A stretch of 63,432 bases of DNA, the filler included, from Pirum gemmata (Eukaryota), in the NCBI GenBank assembly GCA_002812295.1. It is 25 parts of 25 records of this genome, joined end to end, with 100 filler letters (N's around TTAATTAATTAA, not from the genome) between each part and the next. Parts side by side here need not be neighbours in the genome. Positions count along the whole stretch, not along the records: positions 61,105 to 63,432 come from PDIN01006897.1; 24 more parts are not named here. The stretch is one strand, 5' to 3'. Of this stretch, positions 62,280 to 63,432 are shown in pieces. The notes under the pieces are model-generated. The model was not told the DNA's origin. It searched no databases and saw nothing but the letters and a program-made list of their open reading frames with translations. Position 1 is the first letter of the stretch, and each line of letters begins with the position of its first letter. The translations under genes and the position numbers were made by a program.

Positions 62280-63432
62280 ACCAGACCCTACTCTACCCCA
62301 CCCTAATATAGCCTAATATTATATTATTATCGTGTTGCCAGTCGTGTTGCACAGTTCAAAAACTGAAATAAAAACGTTCCCAATTATTACTATGGTTAAA
62401 ACTATCAGACGTCTTTTAGTTAATTTGGTATTTTATACTTAATTAACGTTTTATTTTATAAACAAGTTCAATACACTTAAACAGTATCAAATTAAAGATT
62501 GAGACAATAAACACCTAACCATTATAATATTATTATATTATCCTAACAGGAGGGGTGACACCTATAAAAGAGTCCTATATAAGTAAATGACCCCTTATAA
62601 TAAAAACTCCTTAAATTGACAATTTGACACTAATTCCGCAACCCGCAACCATTTACGGATTCCCAATTAAGTAAATTGTAAATCATAAATAGCAAAATAA
62701 TTTACTTTTTTGGAATATTATTAGTATAGTAACTTAAGTTACTTTAAATAGTTTATTTTTACTATAAATAGTAAGCCGCAGCCTCAGCGAAAAATGAAAA
62801 TAATTTCAGAGTCATGTTGGGGGTGTTGGGGGTGTGAGCCGGGTGTCACCGAGTCACCCTTCCTTCCTAACCATAGTACTCTAGCTAGCTAGCTAGCTAG
62901 AACCCTAACCACGATGATTTTTGTAATAATATTAATACTTCTAGTAGTTGTAATGATATTTTACACTTCTAGTTTTTCTTTGTGTATTAATAGGTATACT
63001 TCGTCCTGTGCTGTTTCGTTTTGTTTGCAGAGACTTTTGTTTTGCTGTTTGATTTAATCTCCGGGGGGGGATCCGCATTAATATATCATAGCAGCATTAA
63101 AAAAAGTCAGTGCTTTGACTATCTAGCTGCTATAGTATTAATATAATATATATGTCATTAATTAACCTTCACTTTTATTTTTTAATAAAAGGTATTAATA
63201 TTATTAATAATATTAATAAAATATTAATATTAATATTGATTTTGTTCTTTATAAATGACAGGTAAAGAGTTACGTTTGACATTTTCAATAGCTTCCAATG
63301 TACTAAAGAAAGTTTTAATTAATATCAATAGCAAGCTATAGCTATATATAATTAAATATATATAATATTAATAATATTAATAATATTTAAATATTAATAT
63401 TATATAGAATTATTAATTGTTTTTATTATTGG

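Overview
This window is not a contiguous locus. It is a concatenation of 25 short (about 2.0-4.5 kb) contigs from a very AT-rich, intron-containing eukaryotic draft genome, joined by 24 artificial 100-nt linkers (N44-TTAATTAATTAA-N44), so gene neighbourhoods across linkers mean nothing. The genome is saturated with microsatellites, interstitial TTAGGG arrays and at least seven MITE-like families; most ORFs in the supplied track are microsatellite artefacts. Recognisable genes or fragments: three exons of an AMT1/MTA1-clade MT-A70 DNA 6mA methyltransferase, an intronless secreted AA17-like copper monooxygenase (LPMO) with a duplicated Cys-rich C-terminal module, a copia-type gag-protease with two CCCH zinc fingers, a hAT transposase remnant with its right end, two kinase-less receptor-like membrane proteins with Tyr-motif tails (one LRR, one CBM1-like Cys-rich), an NmrA-like protein with a GPI-like tail, a YqaJ-like nuclease-fold exon, and exons of HSP60, an SLC25 carrier, an RluA pseudouridine synthase, an Aurora-like kinase and an SPT16-like protein. 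TTAGGG repeats, an animal-like HSP60, AMT1 and pTyr-type tails together suggest a unicellular holozoan such as an ichthyosporean (inference only). All family calls come from manual motif recognition, not database searches.
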